The notes: generated by a model not told the origin, from the sequence alone. Counted from the stretch's first letter, positions 38,566-50,062 are shown. The stretch is 64,000 nucleotides of DNA from Candidatus Freyarchaeum deiterrae (GCA_037305845.1 CP147778.1:1056001-1120000); one strand, 5' to 3'. Numbers and translations: made by a program.

Positions 38566-40794
38566 TTATCTTTGAACACGAAGCTCATATCTCAGAACAT
38601 CGCCCATCTTCTCAATCTCGGAAATGTGGTAAATGCTGCCTCCGCTCTTTTCAGCTATGCTGGTAGCGATTTTCTTCCTCCAGTTCTTCATCAGAGCATG
38701 GCTCTCAGGGCGAATAACAACCGTACGAATATTCTCTTTCTTCAGCATCTTAGCAATCTCCTCAACCTCAAAAAGCAATTGATTATAAGACTCCATCTCA
38801 GAACGCATCTGCTGAACATATGAATAACGCTTACCCGCAGAAGCGCCAGCATTTAACGGAACATTCGCACCTCCGTCACTGAGGCATACGAGGAAGGGTA
38901 TTACTTTGTTGTCTTTCATTTTTTCTCGTTTTAGTACTTCGAGTCCTTTAGCTAGTCCTGCGGCTAAGGGTGTCCAGCTTCCAGATTTTATGGTTAAGAG
39001 TTTTGCTGTTACGCTTTGTAGGTTTACTGTTGGGTACTGCATTATCGCTGCATCGTATCCCTTGAATACTACTAAGCCTACTCTGTCTCTTTGGCGGTAG
39101 GCTTCGTCGTGTAATGAGAGAATGACTTGTTTAACTTTTTTGAGATTTTTGAACATTGAGCCACTGGCGTCAAGCACAAAAACTATGGATAGAGGCGCTC
39201 TGTATTCAAAGATTTTTTCGCGTATGTCCTGTGATTTGATGTTAACCGCGAGGTCTTTTTTGGTTCTGCTTTTCTGGTAGGGTGAAGAGGCTCTTATTGA
39301 CGCATCTAGAGCTATGTGTTTGGTTTTTTCTTTTGGGATTTTGTAGAAGACATATCTACCTTTGTCGGAGCTTCCTTTTGCTTTTAGTCTTCTTCCCATG
39401 AAGCTGGGTTCGTCCTTTCTGAAGAAGCTTTTATACTGGCGTTTAAAAAATTCTCCGAGTAGGTTGCTTTTTTTTAGTTCTTCTATTTCTTCCCCGGTTA
39501 GTTTATCGAAGCGTGGGTCTCTAATGTTTATAATTCCGTCTCGGTCTTGACTATCTTGTTGCTGCTGCTGTGTGTAGCGGTTCCAGAGACCTTGGTTAGG
39601 AAAGTCTTGGTTTGCGGATTCGGATTGCATTGTTTCATCGAATGGCTTGTTTCGCATGGTTTTTCCTGACGCTTCATCACCATTGGTCTCTTCTTGTGGA
39701 CCGTTCATTTCGGCGTCATTTCGAAAAAAACCCATCGATTCCTGTTGTTTAACTTCGTTTAGCGCCTTTTCAAAGCCTTCTGCTATTCTCTTGTTTACCG
39801 CTTCTGCCTCTTCGAATTCAAATTTTCTGATTCTGTGGCCCAAGGCTAGCTCGGCAGCCTTTAATATGTCTTGTTCGTTTACTTGTTTCCTTCCATCTAG
39901 AGCTGCTAATGCTTTAGAGCAGCGCATTACTGTGATGTCTCCTCTGTGGGTGCCCACCCCCAGCTCTAGGCACATTTTCACAGTAGTCATTAGTAGGTAC
40001 TCGGGGATTTTGACTTCGGGGAGGATTTCTTGGGCTTTTGTTATGCTTTTTTGAAGTTTTTCTTCTTCATCTTGCCATTTTACGATGAATTCGCTCTGGC
40101 CTTTGTCGAATTCCTCAATGCGGTTTAGTATTTCTAATCTCTGTTTAATATCTTTAATAGCCATGATTTCTACCTGTAGGCCTATTCGGTCTAGGATTTG
40201 GGGTCTCAGTTCACCTTCCTCGGGGTTCATGCTACCAACCAGTACGAAGTTTGATGGGTGAGAAACAGATACGCCTTCTCGCTCCACAGTGTTTACACCG
40301 AAAGCTGCGGCGTCCAGCAAGTCATCTACTATATGGTCGCTCAGGAGGTTGATTTCGTCCACATAGAGTATTTGTCGATTAGCGTCTGCTAGTATTCCTG
40401 GCTCTAGGGCTTTTACACCCTCTTTTATTGCTCTCTCAATATCCAGTGATCCTACAACTCGGTCTTCCGTGACACCAAGGGGTATTTCAACAACTCTCAT
40501 TCTTCTGACTTCATGTTCTAGGTTATTGTCTTCTACCTTGGCTTTGCACATTTCGCACATTGATGAGGGATCAGAAGGGTCACAGTTGAAAGGACAGCTC
40601 TTCATAAACTCCATTTCGGGTAATAGCGCCGCCAGTGCTCTTACAGCAGTAGATTTCCCGGTTCCTTTCTCCCCGCGAATCAGCACTCCGCCTATTTTTG
40701 GGTCTATAACATTCAGAACTAGAGCAAGCTTCATGTTGATTTGGCCCACTATAGCCGTGAAGGGAAAAACCAACTTTTTATATCGAACAGGCAT
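38566..40794 (-). CDS. Chelatase ChlI/ChlD-like AAA+ ATPase fused to a vWA domain
   Basis: [43 protein letters not shown]; MIDAS DASGS, TPL, SDG. Confidence 0.9.
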   Translation of the reverse strand: MPVRYKKLVFPFTAIVGQINMKLALVLNVIDPKIGGVLIRGEKGTGKSTAVRALAALLPEMEFMKSCPFNCDPSDPSSMCEMCKAKVEDNNLEHEVRRMRVVEIPLGVTEDRVVGSLDIERAIKEGVKALEPGILADANRQILYVDEINLLSDHIVDDLLDAAAFGVNTVEREGVSVSHPSNFVLVGSMNPEEGELRPQILDRIGLQVEIMAIKDIKQRLEILNRIEEFDKGQSEFIVKWQDEEEKLQKSITKAQEILPEVKIPEYLLMTTVKMCLELGVGTHRGDITVMRCSKALAALDGRKQVNEQDILKAAELALGHRIRKFEFEEAEAVNKRIAEGFEKALNEVKQQESMGFFRNDAEMNGPQEETNGDEASGKTMRNKPFDETMQSESANQDFPNQGLWNRYTQQQQQDSQDRDGIINIRDPRFDKLTGEEIEELKKSNLLGEFFKRQYKSFFRKDEPSFMGRRLKAKGSSDKGRYVFYKIPKEKTKHIALDASIRASSPYQKSRTKKDLAVNIKSQDIREKIFEYRAPLSIVFVLDASGSMFKNLKKVKQVILSLHDEAYRQRDRVGLVVFKGYDAAIMQYPTVNLQSVTAKLLTIKSGSWTPLAAGLAKGLEVLKREKMKDNKVIPFLVCLSDGGANVPLNAGASAGKRYSYVQQMRSEMESYNQLLFEVEEIAKMLKKENIRTVVIRPESHALMKNWRKKIATSIAEKSGGSIYHISEIEKMGDVLRYELRVQR

Positions 40795-41197
40795 TTTCCT
40801 TGTCGCTCCGCAGAGTTATGGACAGAAAAAAAATTTTTTTTATTTTTTAATCCGCCCCGTTACCTTTATGAGCTAATGGGGACAATTACTAAAAACCATA
40901 GTTCCTTTTTAACCTTTATCATAAATATAGCATTATTGTATTTTGTTTACGTTTTCATTTCATAAAAAGTTCATTCTCAGTGGTTTTTTCAAATTTAGCA
41001 TTGATCTACTAAGTTTTTATTTTATCAGAAACCAAAGGCAGAGTGGGAAGTTTAGATCGTTGGTTTAACACTCGTTTTTTGAAGTGTAACAATAATCTAT
41101 AAGTTGTTTATACCCCAATCGAAAACGTAAAATATAAGAAGATACAAAATAGTTTACCAAGAATTAACCCTTTTTGGGACATAGGGGACTAAAGAGT

Positions 41198-42223
41198 ATG
41201 GGCATTGGCGGTTTTGTATTGCAATTGGGTAGTATTGATATTGGAACTCTAATGATCTTAATGTTGGTCGCGGTTTTTATACTGCTGATAGTAATCGTGC
41301 GGAATGTCAGAATACTCAAGGAATATGAAAGAGCCGTTATCTTCCGCCTAGGAAAAGTAGCTGGAAATAAGGGTCCGGGAATCGTGTTCCTCTTACCCGG
41401 CTTAGACCGATCAATAAAAGTTGACCTAAGAGAAACTTTCTTCGAGATTCGAAGACAACTCTGTATAACGGGGGATAACAGTCCTCTGGATATTGATGTT
41501 TTGTTTTATTATAGAGTTATTAATCCTGAGGACAGTGTGGTTAAGATTAGGGATTTTCGTGGTGCGGCTCTTGGTATTGCTCAAACTACTTTGAGGTCGG
41601 TTATTGGTGATATTATGCTTGATGACGTGCTTGCTAAGAGGGAGTATATTAACACAGTTCTCAGAGACAAGCTGGATGAAATGACTGAGAGGTGGGGCGT
41701 TAAAGTTACTAGCGTTGAAATTCGTGAAATTCTTCCTCCTTCCCGAGTACAGAATGCAATGGTTAGGCAGATGGAGGCGGAGCGTATCAGGCGTGCCATG
41801 GTTATTGAGGCGGATGGTAAGAAGGAGGCGACGATTAAGATAGCGGAGGGTGATGCCCGTTCTGCGATTCTTAAAGCAGAGGGTGATAGAGAGGCGACTA
41901 TTCTAGAGGCGGAGGGTATAAAGCAGGGGAGTATGCTAGAGGCGGAGGGTGATGCGACTGCTCTTGGCAATGTCTTCGATGTTGTAAAGGATATTGATAG
42001 TAAAACCATGGCTTTGCAGTATCTGAAAGCTTTGGGTGCTCTTGGTAATAATGAGCAGACACGTATCATATTCCCACTGGATTTCACAAGTCTTGGCGAA
42101 ACAGTTTCAGAGCATATTGAGAGAGCCTCCTTAGAGGTAGATCCCATTCCAAAGAAAAAAGGCAAAAAGAAAGAATCTGATAAAGGAGATTCAGAAGATT
42201 TGCAAATAGAAGGCGAGTTATAG
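41198..42223 (+). CDS. SPFH/Band 7 (stomatin-like) membrane protein
   Basis: N-terminal TM, EYERAVIFRLG, AQTTLRSVIG, WGVKVTSVEI, QMEAER, AEG repeats. Confidence 0.92.
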   Translation: MGIGGFVLQLGSIDIGTLMILMLVAVFILLIVIVRNVRILKEYERAVIFRLGKVAGNKGPGIVFLLPGLDRSIKVDLRETFFEIRRQLCITGDNSPLDIDVLFYYRVINPEDSVVKIRDFRGAALGIAQTTLRSVIGDIMLDDVLAKREYINTVLRDKLDEMTERWGVKVTSVEIREILPPSRVQNAMVRQMEAERIRRAMVIEADGKKEATIKIAEGDARSAILKAEGDREATILEAEGIKQGSMLEAEGDATALGNVFDVVKDIDSKTMALQYLKALGALGNNEQTRIIFPLDFTSLGETVSEHIERASLEVDPIPKKKGKKKESDKGDSEDLQIEGEL

Positions 42224-42224
42224 A

Positions 42225-42542
42225 CTAAACGCCTTTTATTTTTTTCTTCAAGGTATCAAGATCTTCCACTTTTAAAACGATGGGTAGTTCCACATATTCC
42301 GGTAAGCCGTGTGTGATTTCTTCCATGAGATAGATTAGCGCTTCTTTTGAGGTTAGGGTTCGTTTTTCTAAGCTTGCATCCTGTAAGGTAAACGATACTT
42401 CTACCCAATTTTCTTTACTCACAGAATCGGTTGGAAACAGACAATAAACATAATCATTTGTGCTGATAATTATTGAGGGAGTGTTGGACCAGGCTTCATC
42501 GATGTGTTTGACCATTTTACTGATATTTTCAGCTTTCGACAT
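42225..42542 (-). CDS. Hypothetical protein
   Basis: 105-aa ORF with GGTGGA SD-like motif. Confidence 0.65.
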   Translation of the reverse strand: MSKAENISKMVKHIDEAWSNTPSIIISTNDYVYCLFPTDSVSKENWVEVSFTLQDASLEKRTLTSKEALIYLMEEITHGLPEYVELPIVLKVEDLDTLKKKIKGV

Positions 42543-42812
42543 CAATCCACCAACTTTCAATTTGAGAAGGGTTAATCATTTGGAATTACTTAGTTAATAT
42601 AGAATAAAGTAAGCGCATAAATAAAAAGTTGTCTTTTATTCGCTGTTATAATCCTTACCTCTTTTACAATTTTCCTTAAAAATTATGTTTATATGTTGCA
42701 AGTTCCTAGATTAATTCGTGTAACTTTTTGTTCATTTGCAATGATTTGAAAAGTATATTTGAAAGTAAGTTCCTATGAAAAATTGTGGTAAAGCTAAGAG
42801 AGGAAGAACGAT

Positions 42813-43604
42813 ATGAGTGTTAAACTCTGTCCAAGCTGCGGAAAACCTAGTAAGACAGGTATGAAATATTGCATGTACTGCGGTACAAGTCTGGAGAAAA
42901 AGGATGATTGGTTTAATGAAGGAAAAAAGGCTGATTGGTACCCTGAAGAAAAAAAGGAAATTCCTAAAATTGAACCACCACCCGCACCCGTCAAAGAGCC
43001 AGTAGAGGTAGATGAAATTCCAGAGGATATTAAAACTCAGCTAGAGTTGAGGTCGAAGTTAGAAGAAATCATAGGTGAAACTTCAAATCTTACAGGGGAT
43101 ATAGATAAGCTGATGGAGGGATTATCAGGCGAAATTTCAATTGAGGATTACAAAAACAAAATAAAAGCACTAAAAAACAGAGTTATAGAATTAAAGAAAG
43201 AAAGGGAAGAAGTTGAGAAGCTAATAAAGCCTTTACCATTAGAACAACTACTGCGACAAAGAGAGGGATTAAAGGATCGTCTAGAGAAACTAAAGGAAGT
43301 CTATAAATCTAAGGAGATAACTAATGAAACATTCGAAAAGCTTCGCAAAGAATACGAATCAGAATTCGATGAAATAAAGAAAAAACACAGAATAGAAAAG
43401 GATAGAGTTGAGAATTGGATTGCAGACCTTGAAAGAGATAGAAAGAAAAACCAAGAAGAGCTAGAACTGCTATACGCAAGGTACAAAACCGGAGAAGTAA
43501 ATGAGAATGAGTACCAGAAAAACAAAGAGGAACTGAAAAAAGAACTTAAAAAAACCCAGGTAAGCTTGGAAAACTTTAGAGTGGAGATGCGCCAATGGGG
43601 CTAA
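42813..43604 (+). CDS. Zinc ribbon + CdvA-like coiled-coil protein
   Basis: CPSCG..CMYCG; Pro-rich linker; repeated LxxxYxxGEIxxExY motifs (YKSKEITNETFEKL, YKTGEVNENEY). Confidence 0.65.
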   Translation: MSVKLCPSCGKPSKTGMKYCMYCGTSLEKKDDWFNEGKKADWYPEEKKEIPKIEPPPAPVKEPVEVDEIPEDIKTQLELRSKLEEIIGETSNLTGDIDKLMEGLSGEISIEDYKNKIKALKNRVIELKKEREEVEKLIKPLPLEQLLRQREGLKDRLEKLKEVYKSKEITNETFEKLRKEYESEFDEIKKKHRIEKDRVENWIADLERDRKKNQEELELLYARYKTGEVNENEYQKNKEELKKELKKTQVSLENFRVEMRQWG

Positions 43605-43841
43605 AAAAACAGGGACAGATAATTTAAAGATTAAAAAATCAACATTTTTGTATCATTTATTAATTTTCTGTTCTCTCGATTAAGTAAATATATATTCTAT
43701 AAATAAATTTTGATAAATTTCTTTTTTCCATAAATAATAATAGAAAAATGAAAAACCGTTAAGGGGAACAAAAGTATCGGAAAGTTTATTTATTCGTATT
43801 TATTTTTCTTTCTTAAACATCTGTGTAGGAGTTGTCAAATT

Positions 43842-44183
43842 TTGGTTGGAAAAATATGCCAACCCTCATGTCAATTTTTCCAGTGTGCACAGAATTCCAT
43901 GGAAGCAAGAAGAAATAACCGCGGAACAGTGTTACTTTGCGCCTGGGGAGGCGACACCTGCGTAGGCGCCCAATGCGTTTACGCGAATTGTATTCGAAAG
44001 AAGTTAAAGTCGGATTTAACGTGTGGCCTCGAACCCCAGAAACCTCAACAGGAACAAGTCAGAAAAGTCGAACCGCAACTAGTGGTAGAGCCGAAAAAAG
44101 AGGGAAATTGGACTTTGGATAAAGTTCCTGTAAAGTCAAAAGCTTTGAAAAAGATTAAAGGCCTAGATTATGACTTGGACTAA
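43842..44183 (+). CDS. Small Cys-rich (probable Zn-binding) protein
   Basis: CQPSCQFFQC...CAWGGDTCVGAQCVYANC...CGL; SD AGGAG. Confidence 0.7.
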   Translation: MVGKICQPSCQFFQCAQNSMEARRNNRGTVLLCAWGGDTCVGAQCVYANCIRKKLKSDLTCGLEPQKPQQEQVRKVEPQLVVEPKKEGNWTLDKVPVKSKALKKIKGLDYDLD

Positions 44184-44459
44184 GACTCAAGGTTCTTATT
44201 TTTGACTCCTTTATTTTTTCTAAACAATTTTAATTTATAATTTTTTTATTATTATACTGAACTAGTAGTGTTATTTTTCATTTTATGAACATAAATCATT
44301 TTATACCTGATTAAATTCTGTTTCAAATATTGCAGATTTTTGCTTAGCTGGGGTTATTGTAAATTATTATTTAACTGTTAACCGACGCGATCTTCAAGCC
44401 AAAGCCGAAGCGGGTTAAACAACAACAATATTAATTTAGAAAGCGTATTTGAGGGTTTA

Positions 44460-45398
44460 TTACACTTGGTAGTTTAGAAATGTGTCCAAGCGAGATTTGG
44501 TTCTTTTATACTCTGGTGCTTCATTGCTTATCAGAAGATTTTTTATTTTTTTGGTTTCATTGATTCTCGCTTCTGTACTATCTTTTTCGTTTTTAGATTC
44601 GCAAATTATGGTGAACTTTTCAAGAAAATTTTGTTCTTTTAAGAAGGATAGAATAAATCTCCAAGGAAGTTGATTTTGTTTATTATCAAGTGTAGTATGG
44701 GCTTTCTCTCCTCTTCTTGTGGTAATAATCCCTGAGATATGTATGGGTACCCTGTATTTTTTGAGGTCGATGTTATTTTCTATTAATTCTAGTCTGTGCA
44801 GCAGACCAGCTTCGGTTGTTACCATTCCACCTCTGGCAAAATCGTGGGCGATATCCCAGCAAATTAAACACCCGTTTTCACCCGCAACTCTAATGAGTGT
44901 ATCAAAATCCGCAAATGATTTAACCTTCCCTGCAACTTCTGGCGCTAGCATAGTTTTGAATCCTCTATCCTCTCTGGCTTTCATAACTTCTTTTAGTAGA
45001 GTCTTGACTCTTTTTTCGCTGTCTCTGGCTTTCATTGAGCCGCAGTGAAATGTGATGTGAGTGGCTCCTAGTACGTCGCCTAGTTTTAGGTTAATACTAA
45101 AGTGAGCCTTAGTATTTTTTATACGCTTGGGGTTGGTAGTAGTTAAACTTATGATGTATGGGGCATGCGCACTCACTTGCAAGCCGCGAAGCTTTTCTGC
45201 AATTATTTCTGTTTGCTCCACGGAGGGATACAAGGGGGCGGAGCTACCCTTGGGGGCGTAAAGTACATTGCCCAGAAATAGTATTTCAAGAGCGTTAAAT
45301 CCGTTTTCGTTGAATTTGTTTGCTATATTCGAAACTTTTTCGGCCCCCGTATACACGGACAAATGAAATGCAGAAAATCCCAAAAACAATTTTTTCAC
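44460..45398 (-). CDS. Endonuclease IV-like TIM-barrel protein
   Basis: SAHAPY, FHCG, PEVAGK, DIAHDFAR, HISG, ICES. Confidence 0.82.
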   Translation of the reverse strand: MKKLFLGFSAFHLSVYTGAEKVSNIANKFNENGFNALEILFLGNVLYAPKGSSAPLYPSVEQTEIIAEKLRGLQVSAHAPYIISLTTTNPKRIKNTKAHFSINLKLGDVLGATHITFHCGSMKARDSEKRVKTLLKEVMKAREDRGFKTMLAPEVAGKVKSFADFDTLIRVAGENGCLICWDIAHDFARGGMVTTEAGLLHRLELIENNIDLKKYRVPIHISGIITTRRGEKAHTTLDNKQNQLPWRFILSFLKEQNFLEKFTIICESKNEKDSTEARINETKKIKNLLISNEAPEYKRTKSRLDTFLNYQV

Positions 45399-45652
45399 CA
45401 GATTAGGATGGGGATAATTAGGAATGGGGGATACTATTATTCTTTTTTAATATTCGAAAAACTGATTGTATATCTTCTCTTTTTTATTAATTATGTAAAT
45501 ATTATCTTTTTGGATAAGTTTATATGGCTGTTTATACAAACTACTATTGAAGTGTAATGTATTTATGTTCACTGAAGTGTAGTTAACTACACTAAACCAA
45601 CGGAATATAGATGAGGGAGAGCAAAGCAGAAGAAAAACCGAGGCATAAAAAA

Positions 45653-46654
45653 GTGAAAATAAAAATAAAAACTCCAAGCAGATTACACTTCACTCTCATC
45701 GATTTAAATGGATCACTAGGCAGAATCGACGGAGGAATAGGAGTAACACTCAACTATCCGAATGTGATAATCGAAGCTGAACCCGCAGACAACATAGTAG
45801 TTGAAGGCGAAAAAAGAGAGTTAGTAGAGTCGATTACTAGAAATGCCGTTAACAAAATCTCTCCCGGAAATGGTATAAGAATAAAGGTCATTTCCACAAT
45901 ACCGGAACACGTTGGTTTGGGATCAAAAACACAACTCTCATTAGCAATTGCGACAGCAGTTAACAGAATTAGTGGAAGTAACTTCTCAGTAAGAGAACTG
46001 GTTAGAATAATTAGCCGAGCTGGTACCTCCGGCATAGGTGTTGCTGCTTTTGAACGGGGAGGTTTTATATTAGATAGTGGTCACACTTTTGGGCCGGGAA
46101 AACAGAAGGAGAAGTTTTCTCCATCATCGGCATCACATGCTCCGCCCGCACCAGTAATAATTAGACAAGATGTTCCCGAAGACTGGTTCTTTGTAATCGG
46201 AATATCTAATGTAGATAAGGGGGCGCATGGGGCTAGAGAAGTAGAAATTTTTGAAAAATGTTGCCCTGTCCCCGTAGGAGAAGTAGAAAAACTTAGTCAT
46301 TTAATCTTGATGAAAACTCTGCCCGCCTTAGTGGACAAAGACATTGAAACATTTGGAAACAGTCTTTATGAAATACAAAAAATCGGGTTTAAAAAAATTG
46401 AAGTTGGGCTTCAAGACCCCGTAGTAAAGAAGTTAATGGATTTCATGATGGTAAAAGGAGCCTATGGTTCAGGTGTAAGTTCATTTGGACCAGCTGTTTA
46501 TGGATTAGTAAGTGGAATAGAAAACGCTGAAAAATTATCCTTGGAAACCGATTTGTTCCTCAAGAACCACACTGGAGGAGAGGTTTTCATTTCGGGGGTT
46601 AACAATAACGGTGTGGAAGTAAAAGAAGCAAATTTACTACTGACGAGCAATTAG
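45653..46654 (+). CDS. mptG: Beta-ribofuranosylaminobenzene 5'-phosphate (RFAP) synthase
   Basis: TPSRLHFTLIDLNG..GRIDGG, HVGLGSKTQ, TSGIG, GGFILDSGH, SSFGP; likely GTG start at 45653. Confidence 0.88.
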   Translation: MKIKIKTPSRLHFTLIDLNGSLGRIDGGIGVTLNYPNVIIEAEPADNIVVEGEKRELVESITRNAVNKISPGNGIRIKVISTIPEHVGLGSKTQLSLAIATAVNRISGSNFSVRELVRIISRAGTSGIGVAAFERGGFILDSGHTFGPGKQKEKFSPSSASHAPPAPVIIRQDVPEDWFFVIGISNVDKGAHGAREVEIFEKCCPVPVGEVEKLSHLILMKTLPALVDKDIETFGNSLYEIQKIGFKKIEVGLQDPVVKKLMDFMMVKGAYGSGVSSFGPAVYGLVSGIENAEKLSLETDLFLKNHTGGEVFISGVNNNGVEVKEANLLLTSN

Positions 46655-46699
46655 TCTTTATTCAATTTAAAACAGGGTTTTCTTACCAGAGGGTTACCA

Positions 46700-47782
46700 A
46701 TGGTTAGAGTCTGTGGAATCGATCCGGGAACTGGATCGTGGGATTTTATAGGATTGAATAACGGAAAAGTGACTCTGGATACCTCAATTCCCACAAAGAA
46801 TATTGTTTCAAATCCCTCGCTAGTAATTGATGTGATAAAGTCAATGGGCAATCTAGACTTGGTAGTTGCTCCAAGTGGGTATGGTTTACCGCTCACTAGA
46901 ATCGACGAACTTGACGAAAAAAAAACTTTTCTTCTTACACTGAAGAGAGAAGAGGATAGGAAGCTGATCGGGCTTAGCGAAGTAATTAAGCTGCTTATCG
47001 AGGAGAGAATTAATGGGTACTTCATTCCGGGAATTAAACATTTACCTACTGTTCCCAAATTTAGAAAAGTTGGTAAAATAGATATGGGGACATCAGACAA
47101 ACTCTGCAGCGTTGCACTTGCACTCTATGAGGAATCCAAAAGGTTGCATAAAGATTATAGTGAAATATCATTTATTCTTGTTGAGATAGGAAGCGGTTTT
47201 ACTGCAGTTATGGGTGTAAAGGATGGGAAAATAGTAGATGCGGTGGGTGGAGCGGAGGGAGGTATTGGCTTTCTGGCCTGCGGTGGTTTAGACGCAGAAG
47301 TAGCCTACTTGCTAGGCAAATTCGACAAAAATTTGATCTACACCGGTGGAGCCTCATACATCGCTGGTTACGATGGGCTAAGTCCTGAGGAATTCGAAAT
47401 CATGGCTGCAAGAGGAGATGAGAGGTTCACGCTGGCCTGGGAAGCTCTTCTAGAAAGCGCGGTCAAGGATGTAGCAGCTATCAATGTATCCGTTGAGGGA
47501 ACGCCTCAAATACTTTTGGCAGGCAAGCTGTCAAGAGTTGACAGAATCCAAAAAGAACTCGGTATGAGATTATCGTCCTTTGCGGATGTCCGAAGGGTTG
47601 AGGGATTCGCTCAAATTGCAAAAGAAGCGGCGCAAGGAGCAGCCCTAATAGCTGACGGATTGGCTGGAGGCAATAACAAAAGCTTGGTTGATTCTCTTAA
47701 AATCAGAGAGGCAACGGGAACTGTTCTTGACTATATTTATTTTAAAGAAATTGAAGAATTGAGGGAAAGAATTGGAGTATAA
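46700..47782 (+). CDS. DUF1464-like ASKHA-fold protein (putative kinase)
   Basis: GIDPGT, APSGYG, IDMGTSDK, EIGSGF, AKEAAQGAALIADG. Confidence 0.8.
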   Translation: MVRVCGIDPGTGSWDFIGLNNGKVTLDTSIPTKNIVSNPSLVIDVIKSMGNLDLVVAPSGYGLPLTRIDELDEKKTFLLTLKREEDRKLIGLSEVIKLLIEERINGYFIPGIKHLPTVPKFRKVGKIDMGTSDKLCSVALALYEESKRLHKDYSEISFILVEIGSGFTAVMGVKDGKIVDAVGGAEGGIGFLACGGLDAEVAYLLGKFDKNLIYTGGASYIAGYDGLSPEEFEIMAARGDERFTLAWEALLESAVKDVAAINVSVEGTPQILLAGKLSRVDRIQKELGMRLSSFADVRRVEGFAQIAKEAAQGAALIADGLAGGNNKSLVDSLKIREATGTVLDYIYFKEIEELRERIGV

Positions 47783-48503
47783 TGTAGCATGGTGTATCAC
47801 AGGAGCTGGCCACTTTCTCTTGGAGAGCTTTGAGGTTTTCCTCAAGTTGGTCAAAAATAGGGATGTAAAGGTTACTACTCTTATGTCAGGCGCCGGTGAA
47901 GAGGTAGCATGTGTTTATGGAGTTCTTGACAAGCTTAACCAAATTTCCCCTGGGGGTTATTATCAGGAAATAATTCTGGAGAGAGAGCAGGGGAAGGGAT
48001 TTCCGAAAGCAGGTAGGCTTGCGAGAGGGACTTATGCGGCTCTAGTGATTTCTCCGGCGACAGCTAATACTGTTGCAAAGATGGTGTATGGGATAGCAGA
48101 TACATTGGTAACCTCTGCCTTTGCTCAAGCACAAAAGGGGAATGTACCGGCTTTCATTGTACCCACAGACTATAAAGAGGGAACGATTGCAACCAAGCTA
48201 CCAACGGTGATAGACTATGACGTTTGTGTAGGATGTGATAATTGTTTCCCACTCGAGAAGTGTCCCAGCAATGCGATAAAGATGGTTGAAAAACCCACTA
48301 TAGATTTAACCCTTTGTCGAGGCTGCAAAACTTGTATAGACCTTTGTATGTATGGAGCTATTAGCTTTGGAAAAGAAATAGAAACCAGAGTACGAAAGAT
48401 AGATGAGGAGAACGTTCATAAAATATCACTTTTCGAGGGAGTGACGATCCTAAAAAATCCCTACGAAATTTATGACACTATTTCATCTCTGGATGTGAGT
48501 TAG
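47772..48503 (+). CDS. dmrX: Dihydromethanopterin reductase (DmrX/AfpA flavoprotein with ferredoxin domain)
   Basis: AWCITGAGH, PATANTVAK..GIADTLVT, two ferredoxin Cys motifs. Confidence 0.85.
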   Translation: MEYNVAWCITGAGHFLLESFEVFLKLVKNRDVKVTTLMSGAGEEVACVYGVLDKLNQISPGGYYQEIILEREQGKGFPKAGRLARGTYAALVISPATANTVAKMVYGIADTLVTSAFAQAQKGNVPAFIVPTDYKEGTIATKLPTVIDYDVCVGCDNCFPLEKCPSNAIKMVEKPTIDLTLCRGCKTCIDLCMYGAISFGKEIETRVRKIDEENVHKISLFEGVTILKNPYEIYDTISSLDVS

Positions 48504-50060
48504 TTGAAGGTTTTGTTGGTTACTGGGAGGCTGGCCAGGGAATCTGTAGAAAAAGCTGCAGCGCAAAGTGGGATAGACGCTGATGTAATCGAGTTGCCTG
48601 TTTCCGTAGCAGCGTTTCTATCCCCACAAGTGATTGCCGCACAGTTAAAGGGTAAAATATTCAAAGATTATGATTTTGTAATTGTTCCAGGACTCGTCAA
48701 AGGAGATACTAGTATAATAGAGAATGAAATAAAAATTCCAGCTTTTAAAGGCCCGAAGTATGCCTCAGATATTCCAATGATCTTAAATAATCCAGAAATT
48801 CCCCTATCAAAGCTCTATCCCGCGGATTACATTTTCAAAAAAAGCGGAGAGGAGGAGTATAGAGAGATAGTTTCACAATTGGAGAGGAATACTAGTGAAA
48901 GTTCCAGAAATTTCAGAGTAGGGAAGGAAATTGAACCAGTTTATTTAGGTCTGGATTTCCCCCCAAGAATTTTGGCTGAAATAGTTGACGCTCCTAAATT
49001 AACTTTGGAAAAAGCGATTGCAATTGCCGAATACTACGCAAATTCGGGGGCGAGCATGATTGATATAGGAGCGGTTGTGGGTGAAGATAATTCGAGTAAA
49101 CTCCGAGAAATAGTTTCCACGATTAAGGAAAAATTTTCTTTGCCGGTAAGTATAGATTCTCTGCTTCCATCAGAGATCGAAGCGGGGGTTGAGGCGGGAG
49201 CGGATCTTGTTTTAAGCTTGGATAATGGGAATATAAAAGAGTTAGAGTCTTTACCAAAGGATGTGGGCGTCGTTTTGCTTCCAACTAATGTAAGGGAGGG
49301 ATACCTGCCAAACACAGCCAAGGAGAGAGTTGAAAGTTTGTTGAGTCTTTACCAAAATGCTGAAAGACTTGGATTTAAAAAGATAATAGTAGACCCGCTC
49401 CTTGAATCTCCCATTAACCCAGGAGTAGCGAAATCCTTGGAGTCCTACAGTTTGTTCAGAAAGAATAATCAATCTGTACCCATGATGTTTGGAGTGGGAA
49501 ACGTTACCGAATTTATGGATGTTGACAGCGTAGGAGTTAATGGTCTTCTAGCTTGCTTGGCAGTAGAGCTGAGAGTATCACTCCTTCTTACTACGGAGCA
49601 TAGTATTAAAACAAGGCATAGCATATACGAGCTTGACCGGACGATAATGATGGCATTTCTAGCCTCAAAGAAGGATAAACCCTTAAAGGATTTGGGATTG
49701 AATTTACTCAAATCAAAGAGTAAAACGGAGCATGTAGAACCCAGTATTGAAAAAGTTGAGGTAATAGAAGCTGGTACTGCTGACGAGTTCTACACCTCAG
49801 ATCCCGAGGGATATTTCAAAATATGGGTTAACCATGAAGAAGGGAAATTATACTTATCTTTTAACAGCTCCCGGTCAGATAGAGCGCTGGTGTTTAGGGG
49901 AGTATCTGCGGAGGCTCTAGGCAAGAAAATTATTTCATTGGGTCTGATTAGTAGACTGGATCACGCTCTATATGTTGGGAGAGAGTTAAGTAAGGCTGAA
50001 ACATGTTTACTCTTGGGTAAGAGTTACTCTCAGGATATGAATATTTTTGGTGAGGATTAA
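48504..50060 (+). CDS. Archaeal dihydropteroate synthase-like protein with N- and C-terminal accessory domains (MptH-like)
   Basis: LLVTGRLA, AEIVDAP, IDIG, SIDS, DPLL, GNVTEFMDVDS.GVN, KDLG, DPEGYF, HALYVGREL. Confidence 0.85.
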   Translation: MKVLLVTGRLARESVEKAAAQSGIDADVIELPVSVAAFLSPQVIAAQLKGKIFKDYDFVIVPGLVKGDTSIIENEIKIPAFKGPKYASDIPMILNNPEIPLSKLYPADYIFKKSGEEEYREIVSQLERNTSESSRNFRVGKEIEPVYLGLDFPPRILAEIVDAPKLTLEKAIAIAEYYANSGASMIDIGAVVGEDNSSKLREIVSTIKEKFSLPVSIDSLLPSEIEAGVEAGADLVLSLDNGNIKELESLPKDVGVVLLPTNVREGYLPNTAKERVESLLSLYQNAERLGFKKIIVDPLLESPINPGVAKSLESYSLFRKNNQSVPMMFGVGNVTEFMDVDSVGVNGLLACLAVELRVSLLLTTEHSIKTRHSIYELDRTIMMAFLASKKDKPLKDLGLNLLKSKSKTEHVEPSIEKVEVIEAGTADEFYTSDPEGYFKIWVNHEEGKLYLSFNSSRSDRALVFRGVSAEALGKKIISLGLISRLDHALYVGRELSKAETCLLLGKSYSQDMNIFGED

Positions 50061-50062
50061 AA

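Noticed and set aside
44375-44420. GC-richer intergenic stretch bounded by TTAACC/GGTTAA
   Set aside because: Weak internal pairing and no C/D or H/ACA boxes; insufficient to call an RNA
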